Part shown: piece by piece, positions 27,078 to 37,026 of the stretch
How positions within the stretch are numbered: the first letter of the stretch is position 1
Layout: each line of letters starts with the position of its first letter
Translations under genes and position numbers: made by a program
Notes under the pieces: model-generated
Databases searched by the model: none
Told to the model about the DNA's origin: nothing
What the model saw: the letters and a program-made list of their open reading frames with translations, nothing else
Source: Candidatus Binatia bacterium
GTDB lineage: Bacteria > Desulfobacterota > Binatia > HRBIN30
NCBI GenBank assembly: GCA_023150935.1
Contig: JAKLJW010000010.1
Location: 49,551-113,550 of the forward strand
Length of the DNA: 64,000 bases
Direction of reading: 5' to 3'

Positions 27078-28835
27078 TCAGTCGTCCTTCTTGGGGGGGG
27101 CATCCTCGCCGCCCGGCGTCTGACGCGCAACCTCGTCGCGATCGAGCCGCAACTCCTGCCCGAGGATATCCTCGAAGGAGAAACGCGCCCCGGCACGTTC
27201 GCGCTGCAGATAAGACTCCATCTCCTCACGCTCTTCCGTACGGCGCAGCGCCTTGATGCTGAGGCCGATCTTGCGCTCCTTCGTGTCGATGCTCGACACT
27301 TCGGCTTCGACCTCCTGACCGGGCTGGAAGAGAGTCTGCGGCTTCTCGACGCGCTCGTTGCTGAGCTGCGAGACGTGGATGAGTCCCTCGATGCCATCCT
27401 CGATCTCGACAAACACCCCGAAATCCGTGACGCTCGTGACCTTGCCGCGCACCCGGCCGCCGGCGGGATAGCGCACCGACAGCGACGCCCAGGGATCCTC
27501 GGTCAGTTGCTTGACGCCCAGGGCAACGCGCTCGTTGGGCACATCGATATCGAGCACCACCGCCTCGATCGGATCGCCCTTCTTGTAGATCTCCGAAGGG
27601 TGCTTGACCTTGCGGGTCCAGTGCAGGTCGGAGACGTGCACCAACCCGTCGATGCCCTCCTCGATGCCGACGAAGACGCCGAACTCGGTGATGTGCTTGA
27701 CGCTGCCCGCGACACGGCTGCCGACCGGATGGTCGATGCGGAGCAATTCCCAGGGATTGGGCGCCGCCTGCTTCAGGCCGAGGGAGATGCGCCGATTGAC
27801 CGGATCGACGTCGAGGACGAGCACATCGACCTCCTGGCCGATCTCGACCACCTTTGAGGGATGCGTGACACGTTTCGTCCACGACATCTCCGACACGTGC
27901 ACCAGCCCCTCGACGCCCGGCTCGAGTTCCACGAAGGCGCCATAGTCGGCGAGGCTGACCACCTTGCCGTGGATGCGGATGCCGATGGGATAGCGCTCGG
28001 AGACGCTCGACCACGGATCGGGTTGGATCTGCTTCATGCCGAGCGAGACGCGACCGCGTTCGGCGTCGTACTTGAGTACCACAACCTTGACGCGCTCGGC
28101 GACCTTGACAATGTCCGCCGGCTTGGCGACTCGCCCCCAGGACATATCGGTGACGTGCAGCAATCCGTCGATGCCCCCGAGATCGACGAACGCCCCGTAC
28201 TCGGTAATGTTCTTCACCACGCCCTCGAGGATGACGCCTTCCTCGAGCACCTTCAGCGTTTCTTCCTTGAGAGCTTCGCGCTCGCGCTCCAGCACGGCGC
28301 GGCGCGACACCACGACGTTGCCGCGGGCCCGATTGAACTTGAGGATGGCGAAGCGGCCCCGCTGGCCAACGTACCGGTCGAGGTTGCGTGGCGGCCGCAG
28401 GTCGGCGTGCGAACCCGGCAGGAAAGCCGGAACGCCCACATCGACCTTGAGACCGCCTTTCACCTTGCCGACGATGGTACCCTCGACGGCGCCGTCGCGC
28501 TGGAATGCCTGCTCGATCTCCCGCCACACCTTGAGTTGCTCGGCCTTGGCGCGCGAGAGCTGCACCCCGCCGTGCTCCGTGTCGGTCCCGTCGAAGAAGA
28601 CGTCAATCTCGTCGCCCTCGGCGACCAGGACGTGTCCGTCCCGATCCATGAACTCGTCGATGTTGATGACGCCCTCGGACTTGAATCCGATGTCCACCGT
28701 TACCGCGTCGCGCGCCACCTTGACGACGCGGCCGCGCACTACTTCGCCGGGACGTACGGCCTGCAGGCTCTGCTCGAAAAGCGCGCCGAAGTCATTGTCG
28801 CCGGCGGTGGCGGCGGCGTTCTGTTGCTGTTCCAT
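27078..28835 (-). CDS. rpsA: 30S ribosomal protein S1
   Basis: Six S1 repeats (GxV...GFVVDIGGKSEGLIHISEM-type motifs repeated). Start chosen at MEQQQN... by alignment to E. coli FAQLFEESL. Confidence 0.9.
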   Translation of the reverse strand: MEQQQNAAATAGDNDFGALFEQSLQAVRPGEVVRGRVVKVARDAVTVDIGFKSEGVINIDEFMDRDGHVLVAEGDEIDVFFDGTDTEHGGVQLSRAKAEQLKVWREIEQAFQRDGAVEGTIVGKVKGGLKVDVGVPAFLPGSHADLRPPRNLDRYVGQRGRFAILKFNRARGNVVVSRRAVLEREREALKEETLKVLEEGVILEGVVKNITEYGAFVDLGGIDGLLHVTDMSWGRVAKPADIVKVAERVKVVVLKYDAERGRVSLGMKQIQPDPWSSVSERYPIGIRIHGKVVSLADYGAFVELEPGVEGLVHVSEMSWTKRVTHPSKVVEIGQEVDVLVLDVDPVNRRISLGLKQAAPNPWELLRIDHPVGSRVAGSVKHITEFGVFVGIEEGIDGLVHVSDLHWTRKVKHPSEIYKKGDPIEAVVLDIDVPNERVALGVKQLTEDPWASLSVRYPAGGRVRGKVTSVTDFGVFVEIEDGIEGLIHVSQLSNERVEKPQTLFQPGQEVEAEVSSIDTKERKIGLSIKALRRTEEREEMESYLQRERAGARFSFEDILGQELRLDRDEVARQTPGGEDAPPKKDD

Positions 28836-28878
28836 GTTGTTGGTACCCCCAGGGGATGTGATGTCAGTCATATCTTCG

Positions 28879-29565
28879 TCAATTCTGCCTTGCAAGCGCC
28901 GCGATGCGTCGTCGAACGAGATCGCGCAGCCCGCAGACAACCTCCTCGATAGATTTTTCCGTGGTGTCGACCACGACGGCGTCGGCCGCCGGGCACAAAG
29001 GCGAGTGCGCGCGCCCACGGTCGCGCGCGTCGCGCTCGGCAATCTCTCCGGCCATTGCGGCAACGGCCGCGGCACCGGCGTCCCCGAGTTCGGCCGCGCG
29101 CCGCCGGGCGCGCTCCGAGGCCGACGCATCGAGGAACACCTTCACGGGCGCCTCCGGAAACACGACCGTGCCGATGTCGCGTCCCTCCATCACCACCCCA
29201 CCACCGGCCCCCATCGTCCGCTGCTTCGCCACCAGGCGCTCGCGCACCGCCGGCACGGCCGAAACCCGCGAGGCCTGCTGCGCCGCCGCCGGGGTTCGGA
29301 TCGCCCGGCTGAGATCACGGCCATTGGCGAGGACTCTGCCGCCGTCGCCCGCGTCAACGAACTCGATCTCCGTCCGATCGCACAGAGCCGCCAACCCACC
29401 GACGTCGCCGATCGGTACACCGCCCTCCGCCGCGAGCACTCCGATGACGCGGTACATCGCGCCGGTATCCACGTAGCGATACCCGAGCGCCGTCGCCAGT
29501 CGCCGGCTGACCGTGCTCTTGCCGGACCCCGCCGGCCCATCGATCGCGACGACGATCGCCGTCAC
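28879..29565 (-). CDS. cmk: cytidylate kinase (bacterial type)
   Basis: VVAIDGPAGSGKSTVSRRLATALGYRYVDTGAMYR. Confidence 0.9.
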   Translation of the reverse strand: MTAIVVAIDGPAGSGKSTVSRRLATALGYRYVDTGAMYRVIGVLAAEGGVPIGDVGGLAALCDRTEIEFVDAGDGGRVLANGRDLSRAIRTPAAAQQASRVSAVPAVRERLVAKQRTMGAGGGVVMEGRDIGTVVFPEAPVKVFLDASASERARRRAAELGDAGAAAVAAMAGEIAERDARDRGRAHSPLCPAADAVVVDTTEKSIEEVVCGLRDLVRRRIAALARQN

Positions 29566-30842
29566 CGCCGCAGTCCCTCCAGACAGTCGAAGTAGCCGGG
29601 AAAGGTCTTCGCCACGCAGCCGGGTTCCCGGATCGCGATTCCCGGCACCCGCAGTCCGATGAGAGCAAAGCTCATGGCGATGCGGTGGTCGTCGTAGGTC
29701 TCCACCGTGCCGCCCCGCACCTCCGAGGGTTCGATGACGAGGCCGTCGGGCCGCTCGGCGACGCGCCCGCCGAGCCGCCGCAGCTCGGTAGCAACGGCGT
29801 GCAGACGATCGCTTTCCTGCAGGCGCGCATGGGCGATGTTGCGAATGATCACCGGCGACCGGGCAAACGGGGCGATCGCCGCCAGCGTCGGAGCCGTGTC
29901 CGAGATGGCGTTCATGTCGACCTCGATCCCCGTCAGTGCGGCACCGCCGCGAACCTCGACGAAGTCGTCTCCGCGAACGACCCGGGCGCCCATGCGCTCG
30001 AGTACGTCAGCGAAGGTCACGTCGCCCTGCAGTGAATCTCTACCGAGGCCCGGAACCCGCACCCGTCCCCCCGTCAGCGCCGCCGCAGCCAGGAAGTACT
30101 GCGCACTCGATGCGTCCGGCTCGATACGATAGGCGCGCCCGCAATAGCGCTGCGGCGGCACGGCGAACGACCGGTAGCCGTCGCGTTCCACGTGCACGCC
30201 GAACGCCGCCATCATCGCCACCGTCATATCGACGTACGGGGGAGTCACCAGCGAACCCTCCACCGCGATGCGCACGCCGTGACGCGCGTATGGTGCGACC
30301 ATGAGCACCGCGGAGAGAAACTGACTGCTGCGGGAACCGACGATCCGCGCGTTACCGCCGAGAAGACCGTCGGCCTCCACCAGTACGGGCGGCGTGCCGC
30401 CCCCACTCTCGCTGCGCGCGCGCCCCCCGAGCTGCCCGAGGGCGTCGAGCAGATCCTGGATCGGGCGCTCCCGCATGCGCGCGCTGCCGTCGACGCGGAA
30501 CCGACCGTGGCCGAGACACAGTGCCGCCACGATAAACCGCATCGCCGTCCCGGCATTGCCGACGAAAAGATCCGCGGTCGCTGCCGGCACCGCGCCTCCG
30601 CAGCCACGCACGCAACAGCGCTCGGCACCCTCGGTTACCGCGACGGCGATCCCGAGACGGTGCCAGGCATCGAGCATGAAGCGCGTGTCGTCGCTGAAGA
30701 GCACGCCATCGAGCGTCGACTCGCCCTCGGCAAGAGCGGCAAGAAGCACCGCGCGATTGGTGATGCTCTTCGAACCGGGAACCCGCACCTCGCAATCGGG
30801 CGCCCGTTGCAGCGGAACGATGACGCGCACGTCCGTACTCAC
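29562..30842 (-). CDS. aroA: 3-phosphoshikimate 1-carboxyvinyltransferase (EPSP synthase)
   Basis: VPGSKSITNRAVLLAALAEG ... LFVGNAGTAMRF. GTG start overlapping tyrA stop (GTGA). Confidence 0.9.
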   Translation of the reverse strand: MSTDVRVIVPLQRAPDCEVRVPGSKSITNRAVLLAALAEGESTLDGVLFSDDTRFMLDAWHRLGIAVAVTEGAERCCVRGCGGAVPAATADLFVGNAGTAMRFIVAALCLGHGRFRVDGSARMRERPIQDLLDALGQLGGRARSESGGGTPPVLVEADGLLGGNARIVGSRSSQFLSAVLMVAPYARHGVRIAVEGSLVTPPYVDMTVAMMAAFGVHVERDGYRSFAVPPQRYCGRAYRIEPDASSAQYFLAAAALTGGRVRVPGLGRDSLQGDVTFADVLERMGARVVRGDDFVEVRGGAALTGIEVDMNAISDTAPTLAAIAPFARSPVIIRNIAHARLQESDRLHAVATELRRLGGRVAERPDGLVIEPSEVRGGTVETYDDHRIAMSFALIGLRVPGIAIREPGCVAKTFPGYFDCLEGLRR

Positions 30843-31717
30843 GGCGCCCCTCCCCCGCCGGCCGCGAACCACGACCGGCGCGCCGCCTGCGCACGCGTCA
30901 GGATCGCCGTCACTCGCGTGGCGTCCTGGGCGGCAACGGCGGCCCGCAATTCGGCCACCGCCCCCTCGAAGCCGACGATCGCCGCCTCGACCGCGGCCGC
31001 GTTACAGAGAAAGATGTCGGTCCAGGTCTCCGGCAAGCTGGCGGCCACCCGCGTGACGTCCCGCAGGCTCGGCCCACCCCACCGCTCCAGCGTCGCATCC
31101 TTATCCAGGATCGCCGTCACCGCACTGAAGGCCAGGACGTGCGGCAGATGGCTGGTCCATGCCAGCACGGCGTCGTGCCGCTCCGGCAGCATGGTCTCGA
31201 CGCGCATCCCGACGGCCTCCCACAGCGCCCGGATACGAGCTACGGCCGCGGGCGTGGAACGCGCGCCCGGGGTCAGCACGCAGCGACTGCCGCGAAACAG
31301 TTCCGCGGTCGCCGCCGCCGCCCCCGAACCCTCGGTGCCCGCGATCGGGTGCGCCCCAACGAACGCCGGACCCGGCGCCAACGCCGCTTCCACCGCGGCA
31401 ACCACGTGAGCCTTGACGCTGCCGACATCGGTGACGACGGCCCCCGGCCGGAGCGCCGGACCGCACTCCGCGGCAACCGCCGCACAGGCACGCACGGGCA
31501 CCGCGAGCACCAGCAGGTCGGCATCGCGCGCCGCTTCGGCGGGATCGTGGCTGTAACGGTCGACGATGCCGCGCTCCAGCGCCGTCCTTAGGTTGGCCGC
31601 GCCGCGCCCGAGACCGACGATCTCGCCGACCACGCCGGCGGCGCGGGCAGCCAGCGCCAGCGAACCCCCGATGAGGCCGACGCCGGCGACGGTCATGCGC
31701 TCAAAACGCATCGACAC
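30839..31717 (-). CDS. tyrA: prephenate/arogenate dehydrogenase
   Basis: Rossmann MTVAGVGLIGGSLALA; TyrA catalytic HPIAGTE. Confidence 0.8.
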   Translation of the reverse strand: MSMRFERMTVAGVGLIGGSLALAARAAGVVGEIVGLGRGAANLRTALERGIVDRYSHDPAEAARDADLLVLAVPVRACAAVAAECGPALRPGAVVTDVGSVKAHVVAAVEAALAPGPAFVGAHPIAGTEGSGAAAATAELFRGSRCVLTPGARSTPAAVARIRALWEAVGMRVETMLPERHDAVLAWTSHLPHVLAFSAVTAILDKDATLERWGGPSLRDVTRVAASLPETWTDIFLCNAAAVEAAIVGFEGAVAELRAAVAAQDATRVTAILTRAQAARRSWFAAGGGGAP

Positions 31718-32825
31718 CCGCTACTCCCTGGCGCAACACCTGTTCGAGCGCGGCGACACAGCGCGCGTTCTCCTCCGCCGTACCGACGGTGACCCGCACG
31801 TGCTCCGGAAAGCCGTACACACCCATGGGCCGCACGATGACACCGAGCCGCAGCAAGGCGTCGTAAACGCGCACACCGTTACCGACCCGCACCATCATGA
31901 AGTTCGCCCAGCTCGGCACCGTCTCGAGCCCGATGCGTTCGCACTCCCGCCTCAGGTAAGCCATGCCCTCGCGATTGCACGCTCGTGTCCGCTCCACATG
32001 GGCGTCGTCGTCGAGCGCCGCCAGCGCCGCGATTTGCGCCAGACTGCTCACGTTGAAGGGCTGACGCACGCGGTTCATCACCTCGACGAGCTCTGGCTGC
32101 GCGACGCCGAACCCCACCCGCAACCCGGCCAGACCGTAGATCTTAGAGAAGGTCCGCAGCGTAATGAGCAGCCGCCCCGGCCGGTGATACGTTAACGAGT
32201 CCGGATACTCGGGGTCGTCCACGAACTCGAAGTAGGCTTCGTCCATGACAACGATCGCCTGCGCCGGCAGGCCGACGAGAAACTCGTCCCACTGACGGCG
32301 ACGAAAGATCGTCCCGGTCGGGTTGTTGGGATTGGCGAGAAAGACCATGCGCGTTCCCGGTCGCACGGCGTCGGCAATCGCTTCCAGATCGTGCGTGTAG
32401 CTGCGCAGCGGCACGAGATGCCCGACGCACCCGGCGGCCTGTACGACGATACGGTAGATGGCGAACGCCTGGTCGGCGATAACGGCCTCGTCGCCCGGCT
32501 GCATGAAGGTCCTGACCGCAAGCTCGATGATCTCGTTGGAGCCGTTGCCGACGATGACGGCCTCGGGCGAGACGCCGAGTTTCTTGGCCAGTGCGCGCTT
32601 CAGATAAAAGCAGTTGCCGTCCGGATAGCGGTGGATGTTAGGTAGCGCCCGCTGGATCGCCGCGAGCGCTTTCGGCGACGGCCCGAGCGGGTTCTCGTTC
32701 GACGCCAGCTTGATCGAATCGAACACGCCGTACTCGCGTTCGAGCTCCTCGATCGGCATGCCGGGCGGATAAGGAGCGAGTCCGTGAATGTGCTCGGGCA
32801 CGAGTTGTCGAATGTCGATGGTCAT
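31701..32825 (-). CDS. hisC: histidinol-phosphate/aromatic aminotransferase (class II PLP)
   Basis: IKLASNENPLGPSP ... FSKIYGLAGLRVGF (PLP-Lys). Confidence 0.8.
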   Translation of the reverse strand: MTIDIRQLVPEHIHGLAPYPPGMPIEELEREYGVFDSIKLASNENPLGPSPKALAAIQRALPNIHRYPDGNCFYLKRALAKKLGVSPEAVIVGNGSNEIIELAVRTFMQPGDEAVIADQAFAIYRIVVQAAGCVGHLVPLRSYTHDLEAIADAVRPGTRMVFLANPNNPTGTIFRRRQWDEFLVGLPAQAIVVMDEAYFEFVDDPEYPDSLTYHRPGRLLITLRTFSKIYGLAGLRVGFGVAQPELVEVMNRVRQPFNVSSLAQIAALAALDDDAHVERTRACNREGMAYLRRECERIGLETVPSWANFMMVRVGNGVRVYDALLRLGVIVRPMGVYGFPEHVRVTVGTAEENARCVAALEQVLRQGVAGVDAF

Positions 32826-32837
32826 GTTTCTCTCCCA

Positions 32838-33965
32838 TCAAACCGGCGGCAACGCCGCCGGATACGACCCCAGAACCCGCACGAACAGACAGCGCCTGGC
32901 CAGAGCCGCCAGCGCACGAGCCACGCGCGGCTCGCCGGCGTGACCCACCAGATCGAGGAAGAACACGTACTCCCACGGCCTGCTCTTCAGGGGCCGCGAC
33001 TCGATGCTGCACAGGTTGACGGCATTGTCGGCAAACGGCTTCAAGATGCGGTGCAGCGCCCCGGCCTCGTGCGGGGCGCCGAGCACGACGGACGTCTTGT
33101 CGTCGCCGCTCGGACGGCCGACACCGTCGCGGCCGATCACCAGGAAGCGCGTGTAGTTGTTGGGTTGGTCCTGAATGCCCGCCGCGAGAATCCGCAGACC
33201 GTAGCGCTCGGCGGCCATCCGCCCGGCGATCGCCCCTGCCCGGGGGTCGCGCGCGGCGATCTCCGCGGCGTGCGCGTTGCTCGCCGCTTCCACTTGCGGC
33301 ACGCACGCAAGATGACGGGCCAGCCACTGGCGGCACTGACCTAGCGACTGCGGATGGGAGACGATCCGCCGGATGCCGCCCAGGCCGCGGGCACGACCCA
33401 TCAGGCAGTGCTCGATACGCAACTGCGTTTCCGCCTTGATCGACAGCGGCGATTCGACCAGCCGGTCGAGAGTCGCCGTCACCACGCCCTCGGTCGAGTT
33501 CTCGACCGGCACAACACCGTATTCGGCCCGCTGCTGCTCCACCTCGTCGAAGACCGCGGCGCACGAATCCACCGGCACCACGGCGGCCAGCGACCCGAAT
33601 TGCTGCTGCACCGCCTGATGCGAGAACGTTCCCAGCGGCCCGAGGCAGGCTATGCGAAGCGGCTGCTCCAGCGACAGACACGCCGCGATCACCTCGCGGA
33701 AGATGGGACGCAGACGCGCGGCGTCCAACGGCCCCCCGGTTGCGGCTCCGAGGCGCTGCAGGATGCGCTTCTCGCGGTCGGGGGTGTAAACCGTCGCCTG
33801 GTGATGGTGCTTTTGCTGGCCGATCTGCACCGCCAGGCTGGCGCGCCGATTCAGCAGCGCCAGCAGGCGGTCGTCGATGCGGTCGATTTTGGCGCGCAGG
33901 GCATCAATCGAGGTCGCGCGCGGCAAGAGGCTCCCCCGAAGACACCGGCCGATTGCACCGGCCAC
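32838..33965 (-). CDS. pheA: bifunctional chorismate mutase / prephenate dehydratase (P-protein)
   Basis: CM helix LRAKIDRIDDRLLALLNRRA; PDT domain IACLGPLGTFSHQA; C-terminal ACT with ESRP motif (CSIESRPLKSRPWEY). Confidence 0.85.
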   Translation of the reverse strand: MAGAIGRCLRGSLLPRATSIDALRAKIDRIDDRLLALLNRRASLAVQIGQQKHHHQATVYTPDREKRILQRLGAATGGPLDAARLRPIFREVIAACLSLEQPLRIACLGPLGTFSHQAVQQQFGSLAAVVPVDSCAAVFDEVEQQRAEYGVVPVENSTEGVVTATLDRLVESPLSIKAETQLRIEHCLMGRARGLGGIRRIVSHPQSLGQCRQWLARHLACVPQVEAASNAHAAEIAARDPRAGAIAGRMAAERYGLRILAAGIQDQPNNYTRFLVIGRDGVGRPSGDDKTSVVLGAPHEAGALHRILKPFADNAVNLCSIESRPLKSRPWEYVFFLDLVGHAGEPRVARALAALARRCLFVRVLGSYPAALPPV

Positions 33966-34079
33966 GAACGTCGGCCCACCCGACCGACGGCGTCGTGACG
34001 TTGATTCTACTCGGCGTCTTCATGGATTCGACAAACGATGGCTGTTGGTACCGCATGCCCGAACGGAATGCAACGATTG

Positions 34080-35054
34080 TTACGCGGCGTCAACCGCCAG
34101 ACGCCAGAAGGCGTCGGCCCTGCGGATGACGTCCTCGGCCTCGGGCGACGTCCACCGCAGCCCCGCCATGCCGCGACACCAGGTCATCTGGCGCTTCGCC
34201 AGCCGCCGCGTCGCCTGCGCCATGTGGTCGCGCGCGGTCGCCAGATCGCACTCCCCGCGCACATACGCACCGATCTCGCGATAACCCGGGCTGCGCAACG
34301 CCGGCAACGCCGCATCGTACCCGGCCGCGAACAGCCGCCGCACCTCCTCCACCAACCCGTCGCGGATCATCGCCTCGCAGCGCACCGCGATCCGGGCGTA
34401 CAACTCGGCACGCGGCAGAGTCAGCCCGAGCAGCAGCGCCTCGACGTCGCCGCCCTGGAAACCGTGCGCGGATTGCCATGAGCTGAGCGGACGTCCGCTC
34501 AATTCGTACACTTCGAGCGCCCGCACCTGCCGCACCACGTCGTGCGGATGCAGCCGCGCCGCCAGCGGCGGGTCGACCGTCGTCAGGCGCGCGTGCAACG
34601 ACCCGGGCGCGGCGGCCTCGGCGGCAGTCAGCCGCGCTCGCACCGCCGGGTCGCGCCCGGGTACCGGCACAAGACCGCGCACAACCGCCTTCACGTACAG
34701 CCCCGTCCCGCCCACCAGCAACACGCGCTTGCCGCGCGCCGCGATATCCGCGATCGCAGCGCCGGCCAATTCCCGAAAGCGAGCGCAATCGAAATGCTCG
34801 TCCGGAGCGACGACATCGATCAGGTGGTGGCGCACGCGCGCCTGTTCCGCTGCGGTCGGCTTGGCGCTGCCGATGTCGAGCCCGCGATACACCTGCCGCG
34901 AGTCCGCGTTGACGATCTCGGCATCGAGCGCCGCGGCAACGGCGAGCGCCACCGCGCTCTTGCCGACTGCCGTCGGGCCAAGAATCGCCACGATCCGCGG
35001 GGGCCGGCAGCTGAAATCTGCAGTCCGAGAAGACATGGAGCACCGTGCGGGCAA
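34080..35054 (-). CDS. miaA: tRNA dimethylallyltransferase
   Basis: P-loop ILGPTAVGKSAVALAVA ... NADSRQVYRGLDIGSAKP. Confidence 0.9.
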   Translation of the reverse strand: MPARCSMSSRTADFSCRPPRIVAILGPTAVGKSAVALAVAAALDAEIVNADSRQVYRGLDIGSAKPTAAEQARVRHHLIDVVAPDEHFDCARFRELAGAAIADIAARGKRVLLVGGTGLYVKAVVRGLVPVPGRDPAVRARLTAAEAAAPGSLHARLTTVDPPLAARLHPHDVVRQVRALEVYELSGRPLSSWQSAHGFQGGDVEALLLGLTLPRAELYARIAVRCEAMIRDGLVEEVRRLFAAGYDAALPALRSPGYREIGAYVRGECDLATARDHMAQATRRLAKRQMTWCRGMAGLRWTSPEAEDVIRRADAFWRLAVDAA

Positions 35055-35151
35055 TTGGACTGTCGGGCCGTCAGGTTGTTAGCAACTCAGGGGGCCGCCC
35101 GGTAGGCGGCCAGGCCGCGGCCGCTTCGCCCCGGACTCGCCCCCGTTTCCC

Positions 35152-37026
35152 TCACGTGCGTCGGAACAAACGTTCCAGATCCCGCCGCGGCAACGTGACG
35201 AACGCCGGACGCCCGTGGGGGCAGTTCGTCGACAGCTCGATGCCGTCCATTGCCGCCAGCAGCGCCTGCACCTGAGTTCCCTTCAAAGCCTGGCCGACGC
35301 GCACCGCGCTGTGACAGGCGAGCCGGGCAATCACCGCCTCGGCTGCCTGCGCAATGCGACGCGAACGGCCGACCTCGGTTAGCTCCTCGGCCAGGTCGCG
35401 CACCAGCACTGCCGGATCACTGTCGCCCAGCAACGCCGGCACCGCCCGCACCGCCACCGTACTGCCCCCGAAACCGTCGAGCTCGAAGCCCAGATTCTCG
35501 ACGTCGCCCCTGGCCTCCTCGAGCAGCGCCGCCGCCGCCGGACCGACGTCCACCACGACGGGCACCAGCAGGCGCTGGCGGGCCACGCCCCCGGCAACGT
35601 ATGCGCTTCGCAGACGCTCGAACATCACGCGCTCGTGCGCCGCGTGCTGATCGATCACCACGAGAGCATCGGCGGTCTCGCACACGAGGTAGCCCTCGAA
35701 GGCCTGACCGAGCACCCGCAGGCGGGCGAAGAAACCCGGTGACTCCGCCGCAGCCGAGCCGCTGCCCCCCTCGACGACAACTGCACGCGGCCCGCCACCG
35801 GCAGGCATCTCCGCCGTTAACGGGCCGGGGCTGCCGTGAACGATCGCCCAGGAACCCGTCAGCGGCGCCGCGGACATCGCCGGCATCGTGTCGGGCCGCC
35901 ACGGCGGCAACGGCGGCCGCAAACCCAGACCTAACTGCGCCGCCGTCATGGCCGCCGCGGCCGCTTCCGGCGCCGCCTCTTCCACCTCCGGCAGTGGCGG
36001 CCGATAGGCGCGCAACCGGTCGTGTACCGCACGCGTGATCAGATCGTGTACCGCCCCACCGCGCCGAAAGCGGACTTCCGACTTCGCCGGATGGACGTTG
36101 ACGTCCACCTCGTCCAGCGGCACCTCGATGAACACCGCCACGGCCGGATAACGGCCGTGCATGAGCAACGTGCTGTACCCCGCTACGAGCGCATGGCTCA
36201 CGAGTTTGTCGCGCACAAAGCGGCCGTTGACGTAAGTAAAGATCTGCCGGGCCGACGGAAAGCTCACCTGCGGGTTGGTAAGCCAGCCATGGATGCGACC
36301 CGCCGCGCCACGGCACTCGAAAGCTAGCATCCCTGCCGCGCGCTCGCGGCCGAAGACCTGCGCCACTCGCTCGGCACCATCGCCGACGGCGGCATACTCC
36401 AACAGCATCCGCGTCCCATGCCGCAGCGTAAAGCCGACTCTCGGCCAGGCCAGTGCCGTACGCGTCAACAGCTCGCTCACATGACCCACCTCGGTGGCCG
36501 GCGCCTTGAGGAACTTGCGGCGCGCCGGCACGTTGCCGAACAGGTCGACCACCTCCACTCGCGTCCCTGCCGCCGCACCGATTATTCGCTGGTCGACGAT
36601 CTCCCCGGCGCGCACAACCACCTGCGCGGCACTCAGGTCCACGGGCCGCCGGGTCGTCAAAGTCGTGGTCGACACCGCACCAATGCTCGCCAGCGCCTCG
36701 CCCCGAAAGCCCAGCGTGCGGATGCGAAACAAATCGTCGGTCGTGCGCACCTTGCTGGTCGCGTGTCGCGCGAACGCCCGCGGCGCGTCGTCGGCACTCA
36801 TGCCCTCGCCGTCGTCGATCACCGCAATGACCCCGAGCCCCGCGTCTTCAAGCTCCACCCGCACCTGCGTGGCTCCCGCATCCAGAGCGTTCTCGACCAG
36901 CTCCTTGACCACCGATGCCGGCCGCTCGACCACCTCCCCTGCCGCAATCTGCTCGGCAACATGCGGCGGCAGCACCAGAATGAGCCCCTCCCCAGGCGCG
37001 CCCACAAGATCAGCCTGCCGCACACT
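35152..37026 (-). CDS. mutL: DNA mismatch repair protein MutL (start approximate)
   Basis: ILVLPPHVAEQIAAGEVVERPASVVKELVENALDAGAT (GHKL ATPase); C-terminal dimerisation domain. Confidence 0.85.
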   Translation of the reverse strand, partial: SVRQADLVGAPGEGLILVLPPHVAEQIAAGEVVERPASVVKELVENALDAGATQVRVELEDAGLGVIAVIDDGEGMSADDAPRAFARHATSKVRTTDDLFRIRTLGFRGEALASIGAVSTTTLTTRRPVDLSAAQVVVRAGEIVDQRIIGAAAGTRVEVVDLFGNVPARRKFLKAPATEVGHVSELLTRTALAWPRVGFTLRHGTRMLLEYAAVGDGAERVAQVFGRERAAGMLAFECRGAAGRIHGWLTNPQVSFPSARQIFTYVNGRFVRDKLVSHALVAGYSTLLMHGRYPAVAVFIEVPLDEVDVNVHPAKSEVRFRRGGAVHDLITRAVHDRLRAYRPPLPEVEEAAPEAAAAAMTAAQLGLGLRPPLPPWRPDTMPAMSAAPLTGSWAIVHGSPGPLTAEMPAGGGPRAVVVEGGSGSAAAESPGFFARLRVLGQAFEGYLVCETADALVVIDQHAAHERVMFERLRSAYVAGGVARQRLLVPVVVDVGPAAAALLEEARGDVENLGFELDGFGGSTVAVRAVPALLGDSDPAVLVRDLAEELTEVGRSRRIAQAAEAVIARLACHSAVRVGQALKGTQVQALLAAMDGIELSTNCPHGRPAFVTLPRRDLERLFRRT